From Hormiphora californensis (taxonomy: Eukaryota > Animalia > Ctenophora), in contig CM035357.1 of the NCBI GenBank assembly GCA_020137815.1, forward strand, positions 62,001 through 126,000: 64,000 nucleotides of DNA, read 5' to 3'. Position numbers and translations under genes: made by a program. A model generated the notes under the pieces. The model was not told the DNA's origin. It made no database searches and saw only the letters and a program-made list of their open reading frames with translations. Positions 21,571-34,750 of this stretch are shown piece after piece (position 1 is the first letter of the stretch; each line of letters opens with the position of its first letter).

Positions 21571-24137
21571 CTAGTTGTAATCAGAAGACTCGGACATCTT
21601 CGTGTGGCTATTAGAACCCACTACCACCAAGCTCTCACTCAGGCCAATGTCTCGTCCCAACTGTGCTGGGGTCTCAGAAGGGAGGAGGTTGAGTCCCGAG
21701 AGGATCTGTGTAGTGCTATCATTGGAGTCAGTGTTAACACTAGATGTAGTCTCATTACTGTGATCTCCCTGGTAACCGTTGTCACTGTAACCATGGCAAC
21801 CATGGTAACCATGATGATGTTGTTGGGGGATGATAATTGCTTGTCCCTCAGACATTAGATTGTCATAAGAAGAGGACCTCATCCCCATTCCTCCCTGACA
21901 CCCAGCCACAGTGTCACAGTGTTCCTGATATCCACCCTGTTCCTGACATCCCTCTTGTTCCTGACACCCCTCATATTGTTGCTGTTCCTGTTGCTGTTGT
22001 AAGCAAAAGGAACAGTCACAGTAAGATGAATCTGTTGATTGGGAGGATGATTTCCTATCAGGTTTGTCCTCCTCCATAGTAACATTGAGAATGTAATGAC
22101 TATCTGACCGAGTTTGAGACTTGGATCTCCCTTCTTGATCACGTGGTTTGCTTTGGTCACGTGATCTCCCTTGCTGGTCACGAGATCTCTGTTGCTGGTC
22201 ACGTGACTGCCCCATGTCACAGCCACTATCACAGGATGAACAATTCCCCTCCACACATGTTCTCATTGTCACATTATTAGGGTTGGTGGTTCCACTGTTA
22301 TATTCCGAGTGTCTGATCAGGGATCCATCAGGTAGCACCTCTATCTCGGACAGTGGTATCTTGGGACGGTCCCTGTGAGATATATTGGATTTGAGATGGG
22401 CAACGAACTGACTCGACTTTAGTACTAGGACATTGGATACAGACGAGAGGGGAAAGAACTATTACGGGTTCCTAACTCCTAAGACAACAAACAACAGTTC
22501 TAGTCACGTGACAGTATCCCAAGACATCAACAAACAACAAACATCAGTTCTAGTGGGGTTCTAGTCACGTGACTAGTGACGTCACGCACTAACCTGGGTG
22601 GCGTGGTATTGCTGTCAGTGTGCTCCCTTTGGTCCATGCCCCAGACCCGGAGTATGGCAGTGATGGCATCTTGTTTCCTCATTGCCAGTACAACCACCCC
22701 TGGAGAGGTCGTCCTGGTGTGCTTCTCTGTCTTCAGGTACCTGGTGGATAGAGAGAGGATGATGGTGAGATATTGTATTGGGTGTATACTGTATACACTG
22801 TATAGACTGTAATACATCGGGCAGTGATTTGATCTTCAGGAAAATAGAAAAGAGTGAGACGGTTTTGAAAACTGTTCCAGGGCTCTAGAGTGGTGTTCCT
22901 TACAGCGCAGTGTCAGGCGACTCAAGGTGTTTCTTACTTGTCTATTTTCTTGTATAGTACAACTAGTTTTGATGTGTTTCTTACTTGTCTATTTTCTTGT
23001 ACAGTACTACTAGTTTTGATGTCATGGTCAGCTTCATGTTCTCATACAGCTGACCAGCACGTGATCTGACCCGCTGATCACGTGACAAACAGCAGTTCTA
23101 GTCACGTGACAAACAACTTACTTGTCTATTTTCTTGTAGAGTACAACTAGTTTTGAAGTCATGGTCAGCTTCATGTTCTCATACAGCTGACCAGCCCGTG
23201 ATCTGACCCGCTGATCACGTGTTGATTTCAAAACAAACTTTAGCTCGTCCATCTGGGCTACCCGCATTGTCTGAAGAGGAGGGAGGGATATGAGGTTAAA
23301 AGGAGGTTTACAGCATGGGGACTGGGAAGGATTGTCTGAAGGAGGGGGGTTAGTAATTAGTATTTTCTAAAAGGAGAGGTAGATGAGGTGTTTAGTAATG
23401 CCTGAAGGGAGGGGAGGAGGTGTTTAGAGCATGAGCCATAAAGTCTAACCCTCTCTGAACCAACAAGTATGAACAAGATGTAGGCACTACTAGTACTACC
23501 GGCTAGTATTACTAGGTATACTCATATTATGATAATAGCTGAATAATTAACTTGCAGTGGTAAGTTCAAGAAATCATACCTCTGAGGCTGGCAGTAGTTT
23601 CGCTAGTAGTTTCCCCTCTCTTGTTTTCCAGCATTCAGCTGTTTCAGATGGTGTTACCATTGTTTCAGATGGTGTTTTCATTGTCTGTTGTGGTGTTCTC
23701 ATTTTCTGTTGGAGTGATGTGGTAGAGTTCCGTTTTTGTTTCCCCGATGGCACTACTGGGGTAGTTTTACACTCCTCCTCTTCATCATCCCACTCTACTT
23801 CTTCCAAACTGTAATCGTCTTCCTCCTCTATCCTCCCTCTCTTGGTGTCGACTTGGTGTGGTGGTGATACCTTCTTCTTAGCAGTCTCTTCTGTTATCAG
23901 GGAGGGGTCTAGCTTGTCAGTGATGTATAACAAATAATGGGAAGTGATACAAGCCACACGGTGACCGGGGGAGTCATGTCAAGGATTTCACAATGTAACA
24001 GAAGAATCACAATTCAAAACTAAGCAATTTCAATTACCGGTTGATGTAAAGAAGAGACGTCGTCTGACACTACTTGTTCTGGATGCCATGAGAAGAGGTC
24101 TCTTTCGAGATGTGGACGAGGAAAGGGATTCAAACAT
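21571..24137 (-). CDS. Unknown, largely disordered protein, 5 exons
   Basis: Exons 24137-24038, 23908-23580, 23270-23122, 22740-22594, 22372-21571; all GT-AG and phase-consistent. Confidence 0.75.
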
Positions 24138-25150
24138 ATCACACAAGACAACCAAACTGAACTGAATCACACTGCACTATAGGGGCACTGCTACAGGGTG
24201 TGAGTGAGAGCCAATCAGAGTAGAGAACTGGTGTGACGTCACGAGACACTGGCCAATCAGAGACCAGAACAGAGCTTGCATGACAAGATATGTACTGAGC
24301 TGCTGCTGCACCATCATGCACCAAAAGTAACACACTCTCACGGGGTAACCCTAGTAGTACGGGGGGTGTGGGAGTTTAGAATGGGGATATTCTGGAAGGT
24401 TCTATATTTAGAAGAAAGGGTTTGGTGAGGTGGTTCAAAGTGGTTTAGTGTGGTTTAGAGGTATGAGAATGGAATGGAAGGGGATAACGGTCTGCTTGTG
24501 AAAACGGTTGGAGAACGCTTTTTTCAAATTGCCGAGAGGACGCTAGAAGAAAGGGAGAGTGAGATAGAATGGAGAGGGAGAGAGGGAGAGAGTGCGTCAG
24601 ATCTAAATCTTGTGCAACTGGTGCAGTATCACAAGCATTGGTGCTTGTTGCGAAAGGGTGGGAGGCAGAGGGGCAGCTGTAGGCAGAGGGGCATGGTGAA
24701 AACAACGTGGCGGCGTGAGGAGAAAAGGGAAACTGGGAAGGGCAGGCGGGGTGGTGAACGGAGAATGGGCAAGAATAATTGTTGAGGTTGTATAATTGTA
24801 GGACTGACAGCAGATCTAATCACTGCTAATTCCCTCCCCTCAGTTTTTGACCTGCTACCGGATCCCCCTGCACCTGGAACCTTCTCTCCCTCTAACCGAT
24901 GGTCTCTGATCAGTAGTAGTGGTGGTGGTCCTTCCTCCCTTATGTCACCCAAAACCGCTGGTAAGTATCTCGTACGCTGCGTGAGGCCTCACGTAGCCGC
25001 ACCGAGTCTTCGGCCCGGCGTGGAGAGGATAGTCTTATATGAGACAACTATTTTCATGGTTTTCATGGTTTAGCAAATTTTCGAGTGGTGGATGCAAAAT
25101 TAAACAATCAACAGTGCCTCAGAATCGCTCAATTTCTAATAATTTTACAG

Positions 25151-28100
25151 GCAGCACACAGACGGTGGTTAATATAACTCCCAAGGGTAGTAATGATGAC
25201 ATTACACACTTCTCTCCCGGGGACCAGGGAGGGAGGGCTCCACACTTTTCTCCTGGAGATCTGGGAGGGAGGGCTCCACACTTCTCTCCTGGAGATGGAG
25301 GGAGGGCTCCACCCTCTCTTGCCCTGAGAGGGAAGAGTGAGGCCCACCTTGTTCCGTTTTAGGGTTGCAAAGAGTGGTGATCAACTTGAACAATCAAAGG
25401 TCTCAGAGATTGTCACTTCTAATTATGGCACCACAAGACGTGTTATTCACTTCAATAGACTCAAGGTACAGGTAATTTTCGATCCTTCACACTTTCATCC
25501 TGGGTTCAGTAGGATGGGACACCATTCTCCATACCCTGAGATCTAGAAGGGGGCCACCCTGTGCTCTGTATAGGTCGGTGTAAGGAGGGAGTGCTCACCT
25601 TAGACGGAAGTGGGAGTGTCCACCTTTAGAGAAGAGGTAGGAGTGGAGGGAGCCTTCACTCATGGAGCATGAGCGGCACCACCGTACAGTCCTTTAGTTC
25701 AAATCAAGGCGGTACATTCTCGCGGCAATACCACCAACTCCAACTTTTCAATGCATGCGTGGGTTCAGATAGTTATACCCTGTCTCTCACACGGTACCTA
25801 CCACAAGCTCCTTCTTCTTTCTGCAAAGGTAGGTGGCACCAAGAGCGGCATACACTTCTTCTCTGCAAAGGTAGGTGGCACCAAGAGCGGCATACACTTC
25901 TTCTCTGCAAAGGTAGGTGGCACCAAGAGCGGCATACACTTCTTCTCTGCAAAGGTAGGTGGCACCAAGAGCGGCATACACTTCTTCTCTGCAAAGGTAG
26001 GTGTTTTTAGTGATCTTGATCTCCTTGGGGGGGGGGGGAAGGTACCCACCCCCAGGAAGATACTGAGATATAACCCCCTAGGGGGTTATCTTAGCAACAG
26101 TAGAACTTGGTTTTTGTAACTTCTTAAACAACAGTAGGCAGCCAGAGATAGTGACACAATAATTGTTCGCCTAATTAATACACAATTTCCCCCAGGAGGA
26201 ACCTACAAGTGATGCCCCTGATACCCCCCGTATCCAACGGATCATCAAATCAGACCCCAACTACATAAACATTGTCGATGAGTCATTCTTCAGCCCTCAG
26301 CCCTCCTCCTCAGCAGATGACATTGCCTCAGAAGACATTATCAGTATCAAATCATCAGATCTAGATCTAATTCTAGACGATCAGAGAGGGGACGGGTTGT
26401 TACTAATGATGATCAGAGGGGTCGGGTTGTTACTGCTGCCGAGATATCAACCACACCCACCCCTCAAACAGACAACAGTTTGGTGGTACCTGCAGGGGGT
26501 GCTCCACCTACTACACCTAGCCTACCCATTGTAGCACCCTCCCCTCCACAGGATCCCCTTCCAGACAATTCAGGGTCTGGACAATCACTGAACCATGACA
26601 AGTCCCAGGCCTCTCTTGGCTCCCACCCCAAGTGGGATGAAGTAGCGAGGAAAGCGCGTCAGAAGCTCCGAGCAAAGAAGGAGGATGAGGAGAGACTGAG
26701 GAAGGAGGACGAGAAGGTGAAAAAGAAATATGGAAAGAACTGGTGGAAGAAGAGGGGTGATAACACCACTCAGGGTAACCATGGTAACCAGGGTGGTAGT
26801 AGTGGTGGAAAGGGTTCAGAGAGTTTTGTAAAGAGGAAGGAGATGGATGATAGCATTTTGGACACAACTCAGGACTCCAATGACATTCCTTCCCAACCAG
26901 CTTCCAGCTCAACACCAAGAGAATCTATATCTAATGTTGATCCACTCCAAAAGCCTTCCAGTGAACCTTCATCCACAACAAATAAATTGCCACCGGTATC
27001 CCGACCACAAGTTACTAAGGGTTCAGAAACTCTCCCACAACCCGTTACTAAGGAAGCAGAAACACTCCCACAACCCGTTGCTAAGGGTCCAGAAACTCTC
27101 CCACCAACCGGCGTTGCCAAGACGACAGAAATGCCACCTTCCCGTCCCCCTAAAACTCTGCCCCGCACTAAGAAGTTATTGAGACAGAAAACAGAACAGG
27201 AATTATTGTTACCTAGCAACACCGTGACGTCATCTGACACCCTCCCTAGCAACGTCGTGAGGTCATCTGACACCCTCCCTAGCAACGTCGTGACGTCATG
27301 TGACACTCTCCCTAGCAACGTTTTGACGTCATCTGACACTCTCCCTAGCAACGTAGTGACGTCATCTGACACCCTCCCTAGCAACGTCGTGAGGTCATCT
27401 GACACCCTCCCTAGCAACGTCGTGACGTCTTCTGACACCCTCCCTAGCAACGTCGTGACGTCATCTGACACTCTCCCTAGCAACGTCGTGACGTCATGTG
27501 ACACTCTCCCTAGCAACGTCGTGACGTCATCTGACACCCTCCCTAGCAACACAGGATCGCTCCCTAGCAACACTGATCACACTACCCCATCCCGTGATCA
27601 TCTGGGGGATGGAAGTTATCACTCTGACACCCTCACATTCGTATCAGCTTTACAGGAGGATCAACAACATCAACCATCACCAGGTATGTGGTTGTGGGGG
27701 CGGGTGGGAGGGGGATGGCGGGTGGGTTTTGAAACTGTTTCTAACTTAGTTCTTCCTTCTACTTTATCTAGTATTCGCTAAAGTCCACAGTTAACCCTTC
27801 TTTTTATCGATTTGTAATTCTGCAGATCCCATGTTATTGAGACAACATTCCCTTGATACCTCATTCCCTGTCATTGGGGAGAAGGAGGGAGATGAGGATT
27901 GTGTGATCCTGCTAAGACAATACCACCATCTATCTGCATCAGAATCGGAAATATTCGAACTTCTTACACCTCCAAAACCAGGTAATAACAACATGAGCAT
28001 TTTACTTTCTCTCTTTAGTGGAACTGTGACAGTCGCTGTATCACATTGTCAGCTTATATTATTACCAGGTGTTAGGTGTATAATGTTGTTGACCCCCATA

Positions 28101-30990
28101 TCTCCCCCCAAACAGATAATGCTACAGACCCACTAGCAGGTCTTGAAGATGAGGGGGATGAGGAGGGGGATGTGGTAATTCACCAGGTCAGATCTTCTGA
28201 TGTAGGTACCCCTGGATCATCTGATACACATGTTACACAGGACACCCCCACTAATGATGATGATATGATACAGGAACCAGGTACCAATTAACTAATTAAC
28301 CAATGAGGTAGGAGCCAATTAATTAACTAATTAGTGGGGTAGGATCAATAAATTAACTAATTAATGAGGTAGGAACTAACTAACTGATCTTTATTACCAA
28401 TATCAAAACTAAGTTCACATCAGGGACGGCGCTGGGCCTTCGGCCCAGCAAGTCCCTGGGTGTCCGGGGCCAGGGGCGGTAGCCTCGGTCAGGGGTGTGG
28501 GGGGTGAAACCCCCCACAAGCAGGGTCCAGGGGCGCAGCCCCGGCGGGGGTGTAGGGGGCAGAGCCCCCGCAGGCAGGGTCCAGGGGCTGCAAGCCCCGG
28601 TGGGGGTAGAGGGGGCGAGGCCCCCCGAAAATTTCGGACATTTTGAGGCGTTTTTAAACGATTTTAAGCATTTCTGAACTCCTTTTGTGAAAAATGGAAA
28701 AAAAGATGAAAGTTTTCTGATCACAAGAAAAAACTCATCCGCGCGCACACAACTTTCTGGGTGAACCGGACACCCTGGTCACGTCAAAATGCACTGTGGC
28801 GCGCGGAAAAACCCTCTTTATGCTCTGCCGTGCGTTACAGGTGCGCACAGTGCACCTGGGTGTCCGGCAGAGCTCCGGACACCTGGCTGCGCGCAAATCG
28901 AAAATTTCGCAGTTTTCACCGATTTTTTTCAAATTCTTTTTGTTTTTTTCCATTTTTTCTTCTTTTCTCTCCCCGTCTTTTTGGTCTGGGTGTCCGCGGA
29001 CACCCGGACACCCACGAGCGCCGTCCCTGGTTCACATCTCTTCCTAAGAAAATTCCACCCCTCCTAGGTTCTAGTGACACCCTCCCAGTAACACCTCGTA
29101 TTCCTCCCCCTCACAGGTTCGAGTGACACCCTCCCAGTAACACCTCGTATTCCTCCCCCTTCTAGGTTCGAGTGACACCCTCCCAGTAACACCTCGTATT
29201 CCTCCCCCTCACAGGTTCTAGTGACACCCTCCCAGTGACTCCCCGCATTCCTCCCCCTCACAGGTTCTAGTGACACCCTCCCAGTGACTCCCCGCATTCC
29301 TCCCCCTTCCACTCTTTCAATTCGTGGAATGGATGATCGTCTTGACATGTCTGCTAACAACACCCTCTCCTTTGTCTACACAACAGTGCCCCCAACACCA
29401 TTCCGAAATAGTCTTACTGTGGTAGGTGGAGCGGGGGCGAGGGTGGCAGTGGTCGGCGAGGGTGGGGCGGTTGGGGGTGGAGGCAGTTGGGGGTGGAGGC
29501 AGTTGGGGGTGGAGGCAGTTGGGGGTGGAGGCGGTTGGGGTGGAGGCGGTTGGGGTGGAGGCAGTTGGGGTGGAGGCGGTTGGGGGTGGAGGCGGTTGGG
29601 GTGGAGGTGGTTGGGGTGGAGGCGGTTGGGGTGGAGGTGGTTGGGGGTGGTGGAGGTGGGTGGAGGCAGTTGGGGCGGAGGCGGTTGGGGTGGAGGCGAT
29701 TGGGTGGAGGCGGTTGGGGTGGAAGCGGTTGGGGTGGAGGCGGTTGGGGTGGAGGCGGTTGGGGGTTGAGGCGGTTGGTGGTGGAGGCGGTTGGTGGTGG
29801 AGGCGGTTGGGATGGAGGCGATTGGGGTGGATGCAATTGGGGGTTGCAATTTTTGGAATTCTGCCACACATTTCTTAGGGTGCTTAATATTATCACACTC
29901 ATTATTCACTGCAGGTGGCGGGTTAACATTACCACACTCATTATTCACCAGGTGGCGGGTGGTACCTCTGCAGTGATGAAGGTGTGTCAGGGGGCGGGGG
30001 AATGCGAAGAAGAAGAGGAAGAGTCCACTACCCCAGTAATTGCAGCAGATCGTGTTGAAACTGTGTCAGCTACACCACCACTTCCACCAAAGGGTGAGTT
30101 ATATCTTGTCTGGCCATATCGAATATTGGGTGGATGTTAATTTGTTGTCTTGTTCATCTTGTGATAGTCTCATCGGTTCTATAATAGCATTGTAGGAAGT
30201 ATTTTATACGAAAGTTTTTAGCATGAACCACTCTACCTACCACTACTGGCATGGTGTAAAATGGGGACCGGGGAGGGGACCATACCATTCACATGGTCAT
30301 CTGTTTATTTAACTGCAGTCTGCACGGTCCTCTCCCCGGCCCATTAGAACTCTACCTCTCTATCTATATACAGGGTGTCCCATTAACTCGACCTCCCTCT
30401 CTCTCAGTAACCTCGTCGTCACCTTGTATTGTATCTGGTGGTGGATCCCCGGGCAGTATTGTATCTACCAACAGCACTACAGGGGGTGGTGGAGTAAAGC
30501 GCCGCTCCACTGAGGAGGGTCCCGCCTTAATGACTGTGTCACCACCTAAAGCACCCCGGCACACAATGTAAGTGAGAGAACCAATCAGAGTTGAGAGATT
30601 TAGTCACGTGACTTCTAGCTGACCAATAGGAGGCCAGATGTGAGGTCACGTGACTTTTGAGGCATTCAGTGCGGTGCCAAATAACACACACATCTATTGA
30701 TGAGAATATAGCTATTATAATAGGTAGATTGATGAAAGCCAGTAGTTCTCTTTTGATCAAGCTATCTCAAAACAACAACAGACTCATCATTGTGCCTCAA
30801 TAACACATTCAATTATAATAACACCTCTCTCTTGTGTACATCTCAATACTCGGACAGTGTGGTCTTAGTGTGTTTAGTACAATACAGTACCTGTGTAATT
30901 TGTCATTATTCACTACCGCGCCCTCTCTCTCTCAGCCACCAGTCGCCTACTATGACAACTACCAGTGGACACACGTCCTCTCACTATGAG
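25151..30990 (+). CDS. Long low-complexity Pro/Ser/Thr-rich multi-exon gene, function unknown
   Basis: 433-aa open stretch 26480-27683 ending at a gtatgt donor; further GT-AG exons at ~27826-27980, ~28114-28280, 29264-29421, 29951-30093, ~30373-30567. Start, end and some phases are unresolved. Confidence 0.55.
25810..26002 (+). repeat. 42-bp tandem repeat, each unit containing aaag|gtaggt
   Basis: gtaggt at 25829, 25871, 25913, 25955 and 25997. Confidence 0.9.
27210..27572 (+). repeat. 33-bp coding tandem repeat (SSDTLPSNVVT, about 10 copies)
   Basis: Visible in ORF 26480..27781. Confidence 0.9.
28421..29029. mobile_element. hAT-type MITE with 8-bp TSD
   Basis: TSD gttcacat at 28413-28420 and 29030-29037; 13-bp TIR cagggacggcgct; internal ggggc...gcccc hairpins. 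Confidence 0.92.
29060..29310 (+). repeat. 49-bp tandem repeat of acceptor plus exon start
   Basis: ag|gttc(t/g)agtgacaccctcccagt with the AG ending at 29067, 29116, 29165, 29214 and 29263. Confidence 0.9.
29460..29845 (+). repeat. G-rich 15-16-bp minisatellite (ggtggaggcggttggg), intronic
   Basis: Read directly; lies between the donor at ~29422 and the acceptor at 29950. Confidence 0.85.
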
Positions 30991-31708
30991 GTAGGTGTTT
31001 TTTAGCTGTTCTTCTGTGTTTTGTAAACGTTTTGTACATATTGTATGTTGTTTGTTTGTTGGTAGTCTGTTGTTTGACAAACTTACATATTAGTTTGATT
31101 ATTCTGTTTGTCGGTCGGCGACATTATACCCGTCTGGTTCATTTGTTCAGCCCTGAGAGAATAATAAAAACTCTGACTATCGGTTGGGTTGTCAGTTTCT
31201 CGTTTTCTGCTTCCGTCTGTACGACGTCTTTGGAACTTGATGTACTATAACAGTTCTCCTCCTCGTCTCCCTTAAAGCAGGTGTTCCGAATGTGTAGAAA
31301 TGTATCAGGTTTCCAACCTGAGTCTCTCTGCGTCATGTGTATTCAAGTTCCTGTGTGCTCTGATTTGTGTATACATTTTAGTTTTTTACACCTTCCAACC
31401 GATTCTTTGCATTTAGGATTTTGCCGATTCTTGACTATTATGTCACTCTCTGGCTCCCTCGCCCCTCTCTCAGTGTGTCTCTATAATTTCACCCAGCTGG
31501 GGCACTAAATACTAATTCGACACTGTCACGTTGTTCTACGTAACATGGGTGGAGCGATTTATATTTGGCCATGAAATGTCAACTACCCACACCGCAATAT
31601 AATTTTAGAGAGAGAGCTAGGAATTTCAAAATACTCCAGAGAGTCTCTAATCAAATCAAATATAACGCGTCGTTATTACCTGCCACAGCCCACTGTTATT
31701 TCTGAATC

Positions 31709-32215
31709 ATGTTGTTTGTATTGCCCCTCCTTCTTGTTCTAGTCCCCATGACTGACTCCAGAGGCACTGGTGGACCATTCTTGAAGCAGAAGGAACCCGC
31801 ACTGGGGAAGTGGTATGATACCCCTTACTTTGGTATTGGATCAGTGATCCGTATCAGTGGCACTGTGGGTGAGGGGAGTCACGAGGTGACGGTAGTAACC
31901 ACTGGAGATGAAGGAACACCTATCCTAACTCTCAAACTATCACAGCTTGGTATCAACATTGATAGTTCCGTGTTGAAGTATAACGATCTGACTGCTGAGC
32001 CCCTCCCTGCTCCAACCCCCTTTACTATTGTAGTGGACATCAACTCCCAGGGGACGGCGATGGATATCCACACAGACCAAGGTGTGGGGAGTGTGTTCGT
32101 GGAGTATGGGAACAGAGAGGAAGCCTGGTCTGCACTGTCTAAAGGAAGTAAAGTGAAGGTTGAGGCTAGTGGGAGTGTGACTGTTAGTATGTTGTGGGTA
32201 TACGTACTGGTGTGA
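31709..32215 (+). CDS. Secreted single-exon protein, possible degenerate galectin-like beta-sandwich
   Basis: Signal peptide MLFVLPLLLVLVPMTDS; GIGSVIRISGTV and PFTIVV resemble galectin strands; sugar-binding H/N/R/W residues are not evident. Confidence 0.6.
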   Translation: MLFVLPLLLVLVPMTDSRGTGGPFLKQKEPALGKWYDTPYFGIGSVIRISGTVGEGSHEVTVVTTGDEGTPILTLKLSQLGINIDSSVLKYNDLTAEPLPAPTPFTIVVDINSQGTAMDIHTDQGVGSVFVEYGNREEAWSALSKGSKVKVEASGSVTVSMLWVYVLV

Positions 32216-32685
32216 AGCAGCACAGTGTATTGAACACTGATGGAGTGACTGTGAAGAACAGTGTTATATTGGACAAGGACACTGTCATGGATTTAGGATT
32301 CATTGAGTGAAGTGAGATAGAATTTAAACCCCTTTTTACGATTTGACGATTGTAGTTTTGTATGTTACAACCTTTTTTCAGAAGAATTTAAATTACGAAG
32401 TTATTTCTTTATTGTTCTCCAGAAAACATTGGAGCTAATTGGATGGAGAGGGACATACTTCCCCGGCACTTCATAGATCGTGATGTGTGACATCATAGTA
32501 ATTGCCACGTGACTTTTCATTGTTCACGTGATATAGGTATCAGGAAGGCTCCAGGCTTCCTTCCCCTCTCTCTCTCTTTTTTCCCTCCTCCTCTCTCCCT
32601 TTTTCTCTTCCTCTTTCCCCCTCTCTTCTTCACCCTAGTGCCTTTAGCACTGCTCTCTCTTCTCCTCATCTCTCCTCTCTCTTCC

Positions 32686-32722
<37 letters not shown>

Positions 32723-34750
32723 TATCTGGCCGCTCCGTTCTGCCCTTCTTTCTCTCCCTTCTTTTCTGTTCTCCCTCTCTTCTTCCCCTTCTTCTCTCTC
32801 TCTGTTCACCTTCTTGTGCTTCACTATCTGGTTCTGGGGTTCTCCTCTCTCTCTGCGTGCTCTCTTTTTCTCTTCTCCGTTCAGTTCCAGGATACCAGTC
32901 CCGCCGCAGTTTCCTAATGTTACATATGGGCCTATGGTTCCTGTTTCGTGTTTGTGTCTAGATTTGTCCTCTTGGCCTCTCTCTCTCGTTGGAAATATAT
33001 GGTTGCGGGTTATCCCAACACAAGTTTGTTGGTTTGAATATTACTATTTGGCCTGTACGGTTCTTGGGTGAGATCCTCCAGACTCCGGGGTGCTCATGCT
33101 ACAGATAGGAAGCAGATTAGAGCCATGGTTCCATGTGAGCTGCGTTTTACGGGGCTCTGAAGTATATTAGCTTGCTGCGGCCCCTCCTCCGTTAGGATGC
33201 GGAAATCCTATCGCCGAAAATTTTAAATTGTTTTATGGTTCCCCGTGGCTTTCTTGTTGATCTTCAACGTCCAGTCGGGTTGTACACAGTCAGTGCATTC
33301 GGAACCTTTAAAATTTGGTAGGGAAATGGAATGGGGGGTTCTAAGTTTAAAGGGGGGGAGGGGGAAAAGAGAAATTGGGGGAAATGGTTCCCCTTTTTAA
33401 GTTAAAAATCTTAGGTTTTAGCTTTCCTTTGGGGCCTTCTTTTTTACGATTTAAAATGGGCCCAACCCCCCCCGGTGGAAAGTCATTCTTTTTTTTTTTG
33501 GTGGGGTGTTTTCCCTTTCGGTTTTTGTAAAATTTTTTTGGGGTTTTTTTTCCCCTCTCTCCTCTCCTCTCTCTTCTCTCTCTCTCTCTCTCTCTCTCTC
33601 CCTGTGTATCCTGGACCAGCAGATACCAGTCAGCGCCGCAATGTTTTCTCAATGCCCCTGTACAAATGTACCTGTGACCCCTGCCTGATGTCTGATGTCT
33701 GATGTCTGATATGTCTTCCTCTTGTTCAAACCATGTCATGTTGTTGTTATGGAAATAGTTATGTGAATTCTGGGGGTTAAATCCCCTTACTACATGGCAT
33801 GTTGTTGTTATGGAAATAGTTATGTGAATTCTGGGGGTATCAGTTTCTTCAATAGAATAATCCAAGGCCCGAGCTGCTAGGTTACAAGTAGGATGTATAA
33901 TATAGCTTGGTAAATTGGGTTTTCCAGTTGTGGAATTCGTGCTTTTACGTCGTTCTAGAAGATATATTAGCTTTGCTTGGCCGCCTCTCTCCCTCCGTTG
34001 GTAAAAGAAGAGTTGGAACATTGTTACTAGGCCCAAACAAACAAGATATATATGGTATGTTTGATAGTATTACTAGTTTGCCCTGTTACGTTCTGTTTTG
34101 TGGTTGGAGATCGCTCTGCAGAGCTCTGGTGTGTGCTCAATGCTCATACAGATAGGAGCAAGATTAGAGACAACCGATAGTGGTAGATGAGAGACGGATG
34201 GGAAGGTGAGAGAGATACTGAGGTGGAGAGGTGGATATAGAGAGAGAGAACGATAGAGAGAGAATTGGAGCTGGAAATAGTGTCGTTGACAAGTCCCTAT
34301 CACCAGTAATAACTCTGTAAGCGTGTTGAGTCTCTTCGTATTGGTACTGCGGGTGTGACTCTTCATTTCACTTGACTCTCTCAACATGCGTCTAGATCCC
34401 CAGCCTCGGTGCCACACAGTCAGTTGCTGCATTTGTTGTGTGGAATGTGGCGGTGTCTCTAACGGTTATCAGGTTTTTGTAACATTGATTTTTGGTTTGG
34501 TTCTTTAGATGTTTCCAAGTCCGTGCGTTTGTCTGTCTGCTAAAACCACCACAGTCCAATAGTTTCTCTTCCCATTAGGAGTTGATAGTAACAGGACCGC
34601 CTGTTGTTGAGGATATCAGAGTACTAGTTGAACCTGATGAAGGTATGTAAGGTGTAGGTTTCTTCCTTTTTGAATCTCCTGGGTGTGAATCTTTAGGATG
34701 TTTAATACTGCAAAACACATAGCCATGACAGTATATGATGCAGTATTATG

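Noticed and set aside
29284-30140. Gly/Trp- or PTAST-repeat ORFs
   Set aside because: Intronic G-rich minisatellite of mixed 15/16-bp units that breaks frame.
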